A DNA stretch of 64,000 nucleotides. Source: a virus. Shown one piece after another: positions 1-9,736 of this stretch. Position 1 is the stretch's first letter, and every line of letters begins with the position of its first letter. The position numbers and the translations under genes are program-made. A model generated the notes under the pieces. That model saw only the letters and a list, made by a program, of their open reading frames with translations, had not been told where the DNA came from and did not search any database. The DNA lies in IMG/VR virus record IMGVR_UViG_3300017565_000003. One strand, 5' to 3'.

Positions 1-1
1 G

Positions 2-610
2 TCTAATAATATCAAGGATTTAAACTCTAAGATATGGAATTCATGGGCAAATGATAAAGGTGAAGTAGTTAAAGCATACGGACATCAAATAGCTAAACCT
101 ACTATGGGACATCCATCACAAATACATTACGTATTACATGAGATTAAGAATAACCCTACTAGCAGACGTATCATGATGAATATGTTTAATGCTGAAGAAC
201 AACATACTAAAGCAACTGAATCACTTGTAGAGTGCGCATATGCGACTCATTTTAGTGTTAAAGACGGTAAGTTACATATGACATTAATTCAAAGATCAGG
301 CGATTTCTTGACAGCAGCAGGTGCTGGGGGGTGGAATTTGACGCAGTATTCAGCCATTTTATGTGCTATTGCAAAAGAATGCAATCTTCAACCTGGTATT
401 CTTACTCATTTAGTACAGGATCTCCATATGTACAACAAACATGAGGCACAAGTATTAGAAATGATTAGGCGATATGAAGAGTTAGAAGATTATGACTTAC
501 CTACATTAAAGATTGCCGATAAACCGTTCTTTGAGTTAACTGCTGAAGACTTTACATTAGAAGGATATAAGAATCATGGATCAATTGGGCGAATTGAGGT
601 TGCCGTATAA
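2..610 (+). CDS. thyA: thymidylate synthase (5' end outside window)
   Basis: Frame is open from base 2 (SNNIKDLNSKIWNSW...KAYG.Q). Motifs: catalytic Cys in LVECAY, QRSGD, WNLTQY, DLHMYNKH. Abuts DHFR. Confidence 0.93.
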   Translation, partial: SNNIKDLNSKIWNSWANDKGEVVKAYGHQIAKPTMGHPSQIHYVLHEIKNNPTSRRIMMNMFNAEEQHTKATESLVECAYATHFSVKDGKLHMTLIQRSGDFLTAAGAGGWNLTQYSAILCAIAKECNLQPGILTHLVQDLHMYNKHEAQVLEMIRRYEELEDYDLPTLKIADKPFFELTAEDFTLEGYKNHGSIGRIEVAV

Positions 611-1114
611 ATGAGTATTAACTTAATAGCATGTATAGACAAGTCAAGAGGAATAGGTAGTAATGGTTCACTATTAACCAAGCCTCCATTAGACTTTAAA
701 CACTTTAGAGAATTAACAATGGGAAATATAGTAGTATTTGGCAGATCAACATTTGAAGAGATAGGTAAGCCATTGCACGGAAGACACAGCATCGTCCTAA
801 GTAAGCAGGATGATGTTAATCTACCTAATGGTGTATTTCACTATAAGTCAATAAATCAATTGCTAAAAGAATACTCCAACTATTCAGAGGAAAATGTAGA
901 ATTGTTTATCTGTGGTGGAATGCAAGTTTATCGGGATCTATTACCGTATGCAAATAAGATATACTTAACTACAGTAGACAACGTATTTGAAAACTCTGAC
1001 CGTTTCTTTCCAGAGTTTTCAATTGATGATTGGAAAGTTGTATCTAATATTAAAAATAAAGCAACAGAAGAATATCCATATGATTATTACTTTGTAGAGT
1101 ATCATAGAAAATAA
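611..1114 (+). CDS. dfrA: dihydrofolate reductase
   Basis: LIACIDKSRGIG, DFKHFRELT, FGRSTFE, PLHGR, ICGG.QVY, DRFFP motifs; directly follows thyA. Confidence 0.95.
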   Translation: MSINLIACIDKSRGIGSNGSLLTKPPLDFKHFRELTMGNIVVFGRSTFEEIGKPLHGRHSIVLSKQDDVNLPNGVFHYKSINQLLKEYSNYSEENVELFICGGMQVYRDLLPYANKIYLTTVDNVFENSDRFFPEFSIDDWKVVSNIKNKATEEYPYDYYFVEYHRK

Positions 1115-1139
1115 AAATAAATTTATCTAATAAAAGTAT

Positions 1140-1168
1140 TTACATAAATAAATTTATCTATTATACTT
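1140..1168 (+). promoter_or_regulatory. sigma-A-type promoter overlapped by a repeated AATAAATTTATCTA box
   Basis: TTTACA-17 bp-TATACT upstream of the 1230 ORF. AATAAATTTATCTA occurs at about 1116 and 1148, with a near copy on the - strand at about 8275 upstream of sprA. Confidence 0.6.
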
Positions 1169-1229
1169 AGAGTAGTTAAAGGGTAGCACCTAAGACTACT
1201 CTTATTTTATTATAAAGGAGGAATTAGAT

Positions 1230-1904
1230 GTGGCAAGAAATAAACGTAGACTATCAAACAAAGAACTACGTAACTTACAGAAAATCGAGAAACTTTTAGA
1301 TAATCATTCTAAGGAGGTGAAAGAGAATAATCAACCGACTGTGCAACGCAAAGTTGAAATGAAAGCACGTGATCCATTTGCGACAATCAAGCTCAGTTCA
1401 CATGCGTACAAAAGAGCGAATGAGCGCTTCAATATGGATGAGAATAGAGCACCAGGTTACTTTAGAGACGTTTTAAGGAAAGCTAAAAGAATAGGGTTAC
1501 ATAAAGATAAATACGGCAATGATTCAGTTGTTTATGCGTATGGAAGGATAGCAGTATATGTTGAACCAGATTTATCAGAGATTAAGACAGTATTGAAGCA
1601 ACATTCCATAGTATACGAACCTATTAAGTCAACTGTAGCAGAATTACATGCTAAGGAACTGCGTAAAATTGAACGTACAGAAAGAGCAAGAATTAGAAAG
1701 TTAGAACAAGAGGAACTTAAAGCAAACGTTGAAATTGCTAGTGCAAAATTACGTATGCATAAAACACGATCTGAATCAGTTAGAATGGCTTGTCAGGCAC
1801 ATATTAATGGAATCGAGCAATACATAGAACAGTTGAAAAGTGAAATAACTGAGATCCAAGCAAGTAAGAGACAACTATGCAAAAGCATGGTAGCAGTGGT
1901 TTAA
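1230..1904 (+). CDS. hypothetical protein; possible RelE/DUF4258-like small RNase-fold domain plus C-terminal coiled coil
   Basis: Strong RBS AAAGGAGG; LSSHAYKRANERF motif; heptad-rich C-terminus. Confidence 0.6.
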   Translation: MARNKRRLSNKELRNLQKIEKLLDNHSKEVKENNQPTVQRKVEMKARDPFATIKLSSHAYKRANERFNMDENRAPGYFRDVLRKAKRIGLHKDKYGNDSVVYAYGRIAVYVEPDLSEIKTVLKQHSIVYEPIKSTVAELHAKELRKIERTERARIRKLEQEELKANVEIASAKLRMHKTRSESVRMACQAHINGIEQYIEQLKSEITEIQASKRQLCKSMVAVV

Positions 1905-1936
1905 TATAAATAAACTAAACAATACATAACTAGGAG

Positions 1937-2134
1937 ATGAATAGAATGGTAAATAAAAATATTCAATTAGACGGTAACAAGGTGATCAATCGTATTAACT
2001 CAAGAATTAACGCATTGCAGAATCTAATCAGTATGGATATTACTGAATCACCTGAGTTAAAGATTAAAGTTAAAGAGTTGATTAGTATGAGAGATGAAAT
2101 TTTAGCCGGAGAGTTTAATATCTCAATATGGTAA
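1937..2134 (+). CDS. hypothetical protein
   Basis: 65-aa ORF co-oriented with the upstream gene. Confidence 0.5.
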   Translation: MNRMVNKNIQLDGNKVINRINSRINALQNLISMDITESPELKIKVKELISMRDEILAGEFNISIW

Positions 2135-2164
2135 AAGGAGCAGCAAACGCCACTCCTTAGCAAA

Positions 2165-2362
2165 TTAGAATCTACCCATTGATTGTTGAGCCATTTGAAC
2201 AAGACGTTTTGTGATTTCTCCACCAACTGAACCATTTGCACGAGATGTTGTTTCAGCACCAAGACGTACGCCAAACTCTTGTGTAATTTCAAGCTTCATT
2301 TGATTAATAGCTTGTTGAGCACCATTAACTACTAGTTGATTGCCATTGTTGTTACGTGCCAT
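2165..2362 (-). CDS. sspC: alpha/beta-type small acid-soluble spore protein (SspC-like)
   Basis: [34 protein letters not shown] is the SASP signature; SPbeta carries sspC in an equivalent position. Confidence 0.93.
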   Translation of the reverse strand: MARNNNGNQLVVNGAQQAINQMKLEITQEFGVRLGAETTSRANGSVGGEITKRLVQMAQQSMGRF

Positions 2363-2418
2363 TAAAAAAACAACTCCTTTTGATTATTAGAATTGGATTA
2401 TTGCTTGTTCCTTAATGG

Positions 2419-2447
2419 TAGTTTGGATTATTAGTTGGTGAATATAC
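2419..2447 (-). promoter_or_regulatory. putative sigma-G (forespore) promoter of the SASP gene
   Basis: GTATA-17 bp-CAAACTA on the - strand fits the sigma-G consensus. Confidence 0.6.
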
Positions 2448-2513
2448 ATGTAAATTATGGAAAGTGATAAAGCATGTGTTTTATTTAAATAAATTAGAGG
2501 AGGAGAAAAGAAG

Positions 2514-3749
2514 ATGTATGATTGGAATCCAGTTTATAATTTAGTTATAGAGATTAAAAATGAATATAAAGAAAAGTTTGGCTTAGACACATTGCACTTT
2601 GAGACTTGGTTGAGTAAATTGAATAAAGATAAATATAACGATATTTTTGAATGCTTGCAAATTAACCAGTTTAACGAATTTATATTAATTAGGTACGGTC
2701 TAGCTGAAATGCAAGAAGGCATGTGGCTAGACCCTAATTCAATCTATAGAGAATGTAGAAGTATTGTAATTGACTTAAAAGAAGAAGAACTTGTTCTAAC
2801 CCCTTTTAGAAAATTCTTTAATTTAAATGAAGTAGAGGAAAATAAATTGGAAGTAGTTGAAGAGAAATTTATTAATTCATCAAATGTTGAAATTGCCAAT
2901 AAACTCGATGGATCAATGCAAAACGCTAGATGGTATAAAGGTAGAGTTTTTACGTCAGGTAGTATGGCGTTAGATCCGAATGAATCATGGAGATTAGAAG
3001 AAGGTTATTCAATGCTAGATGATCTATATGTAAAAATGATTAAAGAGCATCCGCAATTCACATTTATCTTTGAATACATATCATTAAAAGATGCACATGT
3101 AGTCTTATATAGCAATAAAGACGAGGGAATGCATTTAATCGGAATTAGAAATAGCTGTACTGGGGAACAATTGCCTTATTCGAAAGTAATTGAAATTGCT
3201 AACAAATACAGTATTAAAGTAGTTAATTTAGAAAATAAAACGTTGCAGCAACTACTGGACGAGATGAAGGAATTCCAATCACATGAGAAAGAGGGATGGG
3301 TTTTAAATATCGATGGTCATTATATTAAACTAAAATGTGATGATTATGTGAGCATTCATAGACTATTAGATAAAGTTTCTTCTGTGAATGTAATTATTGA
3401 GTCCATTGCTGACGATAAATTTGATGACTTAATTTCAAAAATACCTGATAAATATAAAGAAAGAGTTAACAACATTGCAGGTTTAATTTTTGACTACCTT
3501 AAGAAAACGAGCATTAAAATTAAAGAACTATATGAACAAGCACCAAAAGATAATAGAAAAGATTTTATGATTTGGGTTGAAAATAATGTTCCTCATGAAA
3601 TTAAGCATTATTTAAGAAATGAGTATCTAAGGAAGGAATATAACTTACTTAAAAAAGGACTCTTAGGTTATAAGAGAATGTCTGATTTAGGTTATGCTGA
3701 GTCATACTCTGTATTATTTACAAGCGTAGGAGGGGAGTTAAATGAGTAA
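2514..3749 (+). CDS. T4 Rnl1-family RNA ligase
   Basis: RECRS, PFRKFFNLNE, motif I KLDGS, FIFE, EGWV, KLKCDDY. Confidence 0.88.
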   Translation: MYDWNPVYNLVIEIKNEYKEKFGLDTLHFETWLSKLNKDKYNDIFECLQINQFNEFILIRYGLAEMQEGMWLDPNSIYRECRSIVIDLKEEELVLTPFRKFFNLNEVEENKLEVVEEKFINSSNVEIANKLDGSMQNARWYKGRVFTSGSMALDPNESWRLEEGYSMLDDLYVKMIKEHPQFTFIFEYISLKDAHVVLYSNKDEGMHLIGIRNSCTGEQLPYSKVIEIANKYSIKVVNLENKTLQQLLDEMKEFQSHEKEGWVLNIDGHYIKLKCDDYVSIHRLLDKVSSVNVIIESIADDKFDDLISKIPDKYKERVNNIAGLIFDYLKKTSIKIKELYEQAPKDNRKDFMIWVENNVPHEIKHYLRNEYLRKEYNLLKKGLLGYKRMSDLGYAESYSVLFTSVGGELNE

Positions 3750-4560
3750 TTTACTAGAATGTTTAAATAAACAAAAACAAATCTTAGAGTCACAAGGATA
3801 TTCAGTTGCATATATCTGCATTTACGGATCACAAAATTATGGATTAGATATTAGCACTGAAGAATATAAGTCAGATATTGATATGAAAGCAATTGTTGTT
3901 CCAAGTTTAGATGACCTGGTTAGAAACAGTAAACCAGTATCGACTACAATTGAAACTGAATGGGGGCAATGTGACTTAAAAGACATTCGACCTTATTTTC
4001 AAACATTGCTTAAAGCTAATCCTGCATATATTGAAACATTGTTTACTGAGTACCATGCCGTAGACGATAAATTCAAAGGTGAATTTGAACATATTTTCAA
4101 TTTAAGGGAGAAATTAGTCAGTACATTATCAGCACAATTCATTAGATCCATGTATGGAATGATGTGTGAGAAATCAAAAGCCTTATGCCATCCATATCCT
4201 ACTATTGCACATAAGATTGAGAAGTATGGTTACGATGGTAAACAACTTCATCATATTTATAGACTGTGGTTAATGATGAACGATTACTTTAAGCATGAGT
4301 TGTCTTTGGAGATGTGCTTCTATCCATCGTCACAATTTGATGTAGATACTTTAATCGATTTCAAGTTAAACAAGCCAACATTAGATGAAGCTAAATTAAT
4401 CTCAGATGAAATTTTAACCAAAGCTAAAGAATTTAAAGATTCAGTGTTAAATGGTATCGATGAAGGAAAATTAGATTATTCAATTAAAGATGATTTCATT
4501 AGACTTTCACAAGATATCATAAAGAATAAAATTATTGAGGAAATTAAAGGAGGTATTTAA
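3742..4560 (+). CDS. Pol-beta-fold nucleotidyltransferase (RlaP/YcgL-like)
   Basis: YGSQNYGLD...SDID motif, KANP..IE.LF, YDGKQLHH..RL; overlaps the ligase stop. Confidence 0.8.
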   Translation: MSNLLECLNKQKQILESQGYSVAYICIYGSQNYGLDISTEEYKSDIDMKAIVVPSLDDLVRNSKPVSTTIETEWGQCDLKDIRPYFQTLLKANPAYIETLFTEYHAVDDKFKGEFEHIFNLREKLVSTLSAQFIRSMYGMMCEKSKALCHPYPTIAHKIEKYGYDGKQLHHIYRLWLMMNDYFKHELSLEMCFYPSSQFDVDTLIDFKLNKPTLDEAKLISDEILTKAKEFKDSVLNGIDEGKLDYSIKDDFIRLSQDIIKNKIIEEIKGGI

Positions 4561-5543
4561 TGAGTAAATTAATTGTGCTATGTGGCTTACCTGCTAGTGG
4601 TAAATCGACTTTATCTCAAGATTTAAAAAAGAAATATAATGCGATTGTTTTATCATCAGATGAATTGCGGTCTGAATTATTAGGAGACGCAAACAGACAA
4701 GATCAAAACACAAATGTATTTGAAGAGATGAATAAACGAGCTAAACAATATTTAGAATCAGGAACAAATGTTATATATGATGCTACAAACATTAACAGAA
4801 AAAGACGTATTCACTTAATTGAAAATGAACTTAAAGCAGATGAATATCATATTTATTATGTTAATACTCCTATGTCAAAGTGCGTTTGTAATGATATGGT
4901 TAGAGAACGTAAAGTTGGGTTTGAACCAATTGATAGAATGTATAAAAATTTACATATTCCTACTGTTCTAGAGGGGTGGAATAAAGTTATTTTTGTTAAT
5001 CAAGATTATGTTTTAGAGTCGTTTAACAAGGAAATGTTCGAATATATTTTAAGCAACAATGAACCAGAACATGACGATTTATTTACTGAGTTGGGAAAGT
5101 TATTTAGTGAATTTACAGAGGTTCATGATGTTCCACAAGATTCATCATATCATTCTTTTTCGATTAGTAGGCACATTTACTATACATATAAGTACATATT
5201 AGAAAATTACAAAGGTAATAGATTATTAGAAATGAAGGTTGCTGCATTGTTCCATGACTTAGGCAAAGGTTACTGTAAGACATTTTACAACCATAAAGGT
5301 GAAGAAAAAAGATACGCAAGCTTTATTGGTCATGAGAATGTATCCGCACAATTAGCATCTGTTTATTTGAGTCAATTAGGCTATGAAGATTCATTTATTA
5401 AATATGTTGTTGATCTAATTCAGTTTCACATGACACCGATGAATATGAGTGAGAAACAAGAGAAGAAGTTGAGAGGATTATTAACCGAGGAACAGTATGA
5501 GGATTTAATGTTTTTGCATGAAGCAGATTTGAGTGCTAAGTGA
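4560..5543 (+). CDS. polynucleotide kinase (P-loop) fused to an HD phosphohydrolase
   Basis: GLPASGKST, SSDELR, DATN; C-terminal H...HDLGK...HE...H...D. Confidence 0.85.
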   Translation: MSKLIVLCGLPASGKSTLSQDLKKKYNAIVLSSDELRSELLGDANRQDQNTNVFEEMNKRAKQYLESGTNVIYDATNINRKRRIHLIENELKADEYHIYYVNTPMSKCVCNDMVRERKVGFEPIDRMYKNLHIPTVLEGWNKVIFVNQDYVLESFNKEMFEYILSNNEPEHDDLFTELGKLFSEFTEVHDVPQDSSYHSFSISRHIYYTYKYILENYKGNRLLEMKVAALFHDLGKGYCKTFYNHKGEEKRYASFIGHENVSAQLASVYLSQLGYEDSFIKYVVDLIQFHMTPMNMSEKQEKKLRGLLTEEQYEDLMFLHEADLSAK

Positions 5544-5577
5544 TATAAGAAAACTAAACTATTTTAGAGGTGATTGG

Positions 5578-6144
5578 TTGGCTAACGAATTAAAACTAAC
5601 AGTACAGGGTATTCCTCCATCAGTTAACCATTATATGGGATACAGAGGAGTTAGAAAAGGTAATTCTTGTATGGTTATGGCTTATACAAAGCCTGAAGCT
5701 AATAAATTTAAGAAAGAATTTTCTACATATGCAAAAGAACAAGTTAAGCTGCAAAGTTGGGACATAGAGAATACAAGAGACATTCATCATTATGTAGACT
5801 GTGTGTTTTACTTTGACCGAACAGATAAAGATGAGCAAAACTATATGAAGGTTCTCTGTGACACATTAAACGGAATAGCATACATAGATGATAAGAAAGT
5901 ATTAACCAGGACACACGAAGTTTATTACGACTCAGATAATCCAAGAATTGAAATTACGATTAAGCCTGTTAAATACAGAGGAATATTTGAATCAGAAATA
6001 CATATGAACGAGTTTGAAGAAAAGTGTAAAACGTGCAAGAGGTATAAGAGAAATTGTTCAATATTGAAGAAGGCCAAAGAGGGTAGAGTGCAGGAAGAAA
6101 TTGATGAGGAATTTATTTGTGGGAAGTTTAGTGAGGTTAAGTAG
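5578..6144 (+). CDS. RusA-like Holliday junction resolvase
   Basis: PPSVNHY, D.QNY.K...D.LNG..Y.DD, NPRIEI; Cys-rich tail. Start moved to the TTG after GAGGTG. Confidence 0.8.
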   Translation: MANELKLTVQGIPPSVNHYMGYRGVRKGNSCMVMAYTKPEANKFKKEFSTYAKEQVKLQSWDIENTRDIHHYVDCVFYFDRTDKDEQNYMKVLCDTLNGIAYIDDKKVLTRTHEVYYDSDNPRIEITIKPVKYRGIFESEIHMNEFEEKCKTCKRYKRNCSILKKAKEGRVQEEIDEEFICGKFSEVK

Positions 6145-6279
6145 GTATATATATAATAAGGAAGTTATTTGATTTTCACATAATATTTATATAAGTAAAC
6201 TAAATTATTTATATTAACTTGATAAAATAGTTATAGGACGAGTTTACAATTGCATATATACATAATGAGGTGGATGGGG

Positions 6280-6468
6280 ATGAACAACGAAGAGGGGAAT
6301 CAGAAGGAGTTTGTGACGGTTCAAGGCAAGGAGTATGAAGTATTTAAAGAAATAAAGAAAAAAAGATACTCGATTAAATTTGTAAAACAAGAAAATTTAA
6401 ATAAAAACATTGATGAATACATTAGAATTGTTGCACAATTACTGTATGAGGATGCTTTAAGTTCTTGA
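6280..6468 (+). CDS. sprB: recombination directionality factor, SprB-like
   Basis: KKKRYSIKFV...DEY....AQLL.E.AL resembles recalled SPbeta SprB; convergent with the serine recombinase across an att-like repeat. Confidence 0.75.
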   Translation: MNNEEGNQKEFVTVQGKEYEVFKEIKKKRYSIKFVKQENLNKNIDEYIRIVAQLLYEDALSS

Positions 6469-6494
6469 CCTCATGCAGTTTCTTTTCGATTATG

Positions 6495-6550
6495 TTTTGT
6501 AGTGATGATAAAGAAACCGATTCATGAGTATTTTGATCATCACTACAAAA
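6495..6550. other. attP-like site
   Basis: Perfect 15-bp inverted repeat TTTTGTAGTGATGAT (6495-6509) / ATCATCACTACAAAA (6536-6550) around a 26-bp core, between sprB and sprA. Confidence 0.8.
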
Positions 6551-6566
6551 GAAAAACCCTTTGATA

Positions 6567-8183
6567 TCAAGGGTTGATGATTAAATCATATCTTAAAAGA
6601 GGTACAATATAAAATTCCGCAGGGGTTCTTCCTCTACCCTTTTTAGTTACTGTAACAGATACTTCTTCAAAAGTAGATCTTAATAATTTATTTTTTCTCT
6701 CCTTACTTTTTAGCCTTGTGTAACTGTCTAATACGTTTTTTATATGTGTACGTATTTTATCAATTGAAACTTGCTCATCCTCTAATTCAGGTGTCTCTAA
6801 ATGATCCATTGATAATTTCAATTCTTGTTGTTCTTTATCTAAGGCTGATTTCCGTTCAATAAACATTTCATCAGTGTAAATACCCAATTCATATTTTTCA
6901 TAAATAAAGTTCAATCTGTCCTTGATTTCTTTCTCTTTATTCTTTATTTGCTCTAACATTTGCTCTTTAGATTGCGAATTAGAATTTTCCTTTTTCCTTT
7001 TAACAATATCTAATAAATATTCTTTAAGATCCAAATCATCCATATCACGAATCTCCTTTAAAGCATCAAGGACAGCATCTTCAACATCTCTATATTTAAC
7101 ACTCATACAATTGCCTCTAAGGCACTTAAGAAATTCTTTATAATAAATTACTTCACTGTCATCTTTACGCTTATATTTCTGTCTCTGAGCATTACGAATT
7201 AGTTTTCCCCCACATACTGAACAAGTACAGACAGATGCTAGCTCATTTGGTGCAAAATCTAATGGGTTATGGGGGAGGGAAAGCTTATTCTTAATCTTAT
7301 CTTGCACCTTTTCCCAATAATCTTTTTCAATAATTGGTTCGTGTGCATCCTCTACATATATATGTTCAGACTTAGGTCGTTCAATACGCTTACCTTCTTT
7401 GTTTCGTTCATGTGTACGATACTTAATTACACCTTTGTACAAGTCATTCGTGAGTATTTTCTTAACTTGAGTATAACTCCATACCTTTTTACCTTTAGCA
7501 GTCTTAATACCTATGTTAGATAGGTGAGTAGCAATTGCTTGATAACTTACTTCCTGTCCATTTAAACCGGTCATGAACAAGTCATAAATTAATCTAATTG
7601 TCTTTGCCTCATCCTCATTGATTTCTAATCTTTGAGTTTTTTTATTGTAAGAGTATCCAATTGGTGTCGCCCCCGACATCCACTTGCCTTGTGAGCTATA
7701 TAAAGCTCTTGCACCAACCATACGTTCCTTTATCATTTCATACTCTTCACGAGCCAAGAACAACTCGAAACGAATAGACCTATGATCATTTGTATTTCTA
7801 ATATCATATATTCTCGTAGGAGTAATAACTAATAAGCGATTATCTCTGAGAAGGTTGATAACTCTGTCTGCATCCCCCATATTACCCCTCGACAAACGAG
7901 AGAGTTCTTTGACTGCTATTGCTTGGAACTTACCTGATTCTAACTCACCAATAGCTTGTTGAAAAATCGGCCTGCCTGAAATTGAGTCGCCCGAACCTAT
8001 TTCTTGGTATAGTTCATATGGTGTTTCTAGATTATCAAGTGTACCAGTCATTAGAGTCTTCTGTTCACTTAAAGTATCCTCACCTGTACGCTTCTCTCGT
8101 TCTATATCTTGACGAGACTTACGAATATATCCCAGCACTTTTGTTACTCCATGTGCTTTTACTATGTCTTTTAGATTAAACAA
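6567..8183 (-). CDS. sprA: large serine integrase, SprA-like
   Basis: YIRKSRQD catalytic Ser, RLSRG, recombinase domain, CxCxxC zinc ribbon, coiled coil. Start at the TTG after AGGAGTG. Confidence 0.93.
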   Translation of the reverse strand: MFNLKDIVKAHGVTKVLGYIRKSRQDIEREKRTGEDTLSEQKTLMTGTLDNLETPYELYQEIGSGDSISGRPIFQQAIGELESGKFQAIAVKELSRLSRGNMGDADRVINLLRDNRLLVITPTRIYDIRNTNDHRSIRFELFLAREEYEMIKERMVGARALYSSQGKWMSGATPIGYSYNKKTQRLEINEDEAKTIRLIYDLFMTGLNGQEVSYQAIATHLSNIGIKTAKGKKVWSYTQVKKILTNDLYKGVIKYRTHERNKEGKRIERPKSEHIYVEDAHEPIIEKDYWEKVQDKIKNKLSLPHNPLDFAPNELASVCTCSVCGGKLIRNAQRQKYKRKDDSEVIYYKEFLKCLRGNCMSVKYRDVEDAVLDALKEIRDMDDLDLKEYLLDIVKRKKENSNSQSKEQMLEQIKNKEKEIKDRLNFIYEKYELGIYTDEMFIERKSALDKEQQELKLSMDHLETPELEDEQVSIDKIRTHIKNVLDSYTRLKSKERKNKLLRSTFEEVSVTVTKKGRGRTPAEFYIVPLLRYDLIINP

Positions 8184-8657
8184 ACTATCACTCCTTTTGC
8201 GAATGCTAATAATTATGTCAGATAATAAATTATTATATTTCACATTAGCAAAAGTATCAATGATTTTATTTGTGTTTATTAGATAAATTTAATTATGAAT
8301 AGTTTAGTGTGATAAAGGGAGGGAGAAGTGAAGGGAGTTGAAGGAAGTTATACGGTAGGGGAGAGGTGATAATATAATTATGTAAAGTAGATAATTCCAA
8401 GTGGATAAACGCCAGTTTAGACGCTTGACCAAGCATTTAGACGCTCTTGTTCTTTGTCTTAAATGTGCGGTAGGATGTTTTGTTGAGGGTTATAATTGGG
8501 GAAAGCTCAGTTTACAAAGAACGTAAACTTCACCTTGCATTTCCCCAAACCCCATTGCACATAGACTTTTAATAATTGATAAAAAATTGCGGTTTCAATC
8601 TACTAGTATGTACTATAAGGTTTATATAATAGAAGAGAGAAACCGCAAAATTTTAAT

Positions 8658-9710
8658 TTAGCTGAGAAGTTTATCTAATTCATCTATTAATTCAGGTGAA
8701 AATATTTCTTCTTCAAGTTGGACGTTTCTAATTTGGAATAACATGTTAGGAGTATTTATATCGATTAGGAGGTCAGCCAATTGTTCGAAGTTGTCTAAGT
8801 AGGATTTTGTCATTCTAACTTTTCCCATTTTTCTTGAAGTAAATGCATTTTCATGTCTCTTTTGTGCATTAGATAAGAGGTTGGTGTATATTAGTTGATT
8901 TAATTCTTCTTTTGACTCTTTACGTTTTACTTGTTCAAGAAGTAAATTAACTAACTCATTTCGTTCTTCAATTATATATTTAGCATTGATTGTTATATCA
9001 TAAGCAGTGTAATAAAAATCAATATCTGTTTGATCTTGTAGGAGTATTTTAGTTTTTGCTCTAAATTTCTTCCAGTCTTTAGACACTCTAACATCTGATA
9101 TTTTCTTATAGCCTAATTGCTCAAGTATTTCTTTTTCGATTTCCATAATCAATTCTAGTTCATCACTTGTCGCTGTTCTTGTTGAAATGTTATCTTTATC
9201 AGATACCTTAATTATCTTATTGTACATGATGACACGCTTATCCATAAGCGAATTTAATGCAGTCTCAACTATACTTTTAAAGCTGCTAGTACTTGTATTA
9301 TAAAAGTCATAAATGACTCGTTCTTCAATTTCAGTGTATTTGGAAAGTTTCTGTATAAGTTCTCTACACTCACTGTAATTGCAATTTACCATGCCAATAG
9401 TTAACATTAATTTACTTCTGCTTATAGAGACATGACCTTCACATCGAGCAAGTAGATCAGTTATTAATAACTGGACGAGGTTTCCATAAATACTATTCTT
9501 ACCTCTGTTATCAATCTTTGGTAGGGGAGTGGCATAAACCTCTTCAATGTAAAATTTATGTCCCATTTTATTATATTTACAGTATCTTGCTAATTCTTTA
9601 AACTGAGCTTCTTTTACATCTTTGCCGTTTTTAACTTCCCATCCTAATTCATTGCACAACACCTTATAATTTTTAAATGTTACACCTGGTTTTAATACTT
9701 CGACTTTCAT
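8658..9710 (-). CDS. hypothetical protein, probably DNA-binding
   Basis: 350-aa ORF with RBS GGAGG; no catalytic motif recognised. Confidence 0.7.
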   Translation of the reverse strand: MKVEVLKPGVTFKNYKVLCNELGWEVKNGKDVKEAQFKELARYCKYNKMGHKFYIEEVYATPLPKIDNRGKNSIYGNLVQLLITDLLARCEGHVSISRSKLMLTIGMVNCNYSECRELIQKLSKYTEIEERVIYDFYNTSTSSFKSIVETALNSLMDKRVIMYNKIIKVSDKDNISTRTATSDELELIMEIEKEILEQLGYKKISDVRVSKDWKKFRAKTKILLQDQTDIDFYYTAYDITINAKYIIEERNELVNLLLEQVKRKESKEELNQLIYTNLLSNAQKRHENAFTSRKMGKVRMTKSYLDNFEQLADLLIDINTPNMLFQIRNVQLEEEIFSPELIDELDKLLS

Positions 9711-9736
9711 AGTTAATACCTCCGAATTTAATAAGC

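Noticed and set aside
2-610. ThyA variant (EC instead of PC; AGAGGWN insertion) as a base-modifying dCMP hydroxymethylase
   Set aside because: The dUMP-specifying Asn (WNLTQY) is kept and DHFR is adjacent, which fits ordinary dTMP synthesis.
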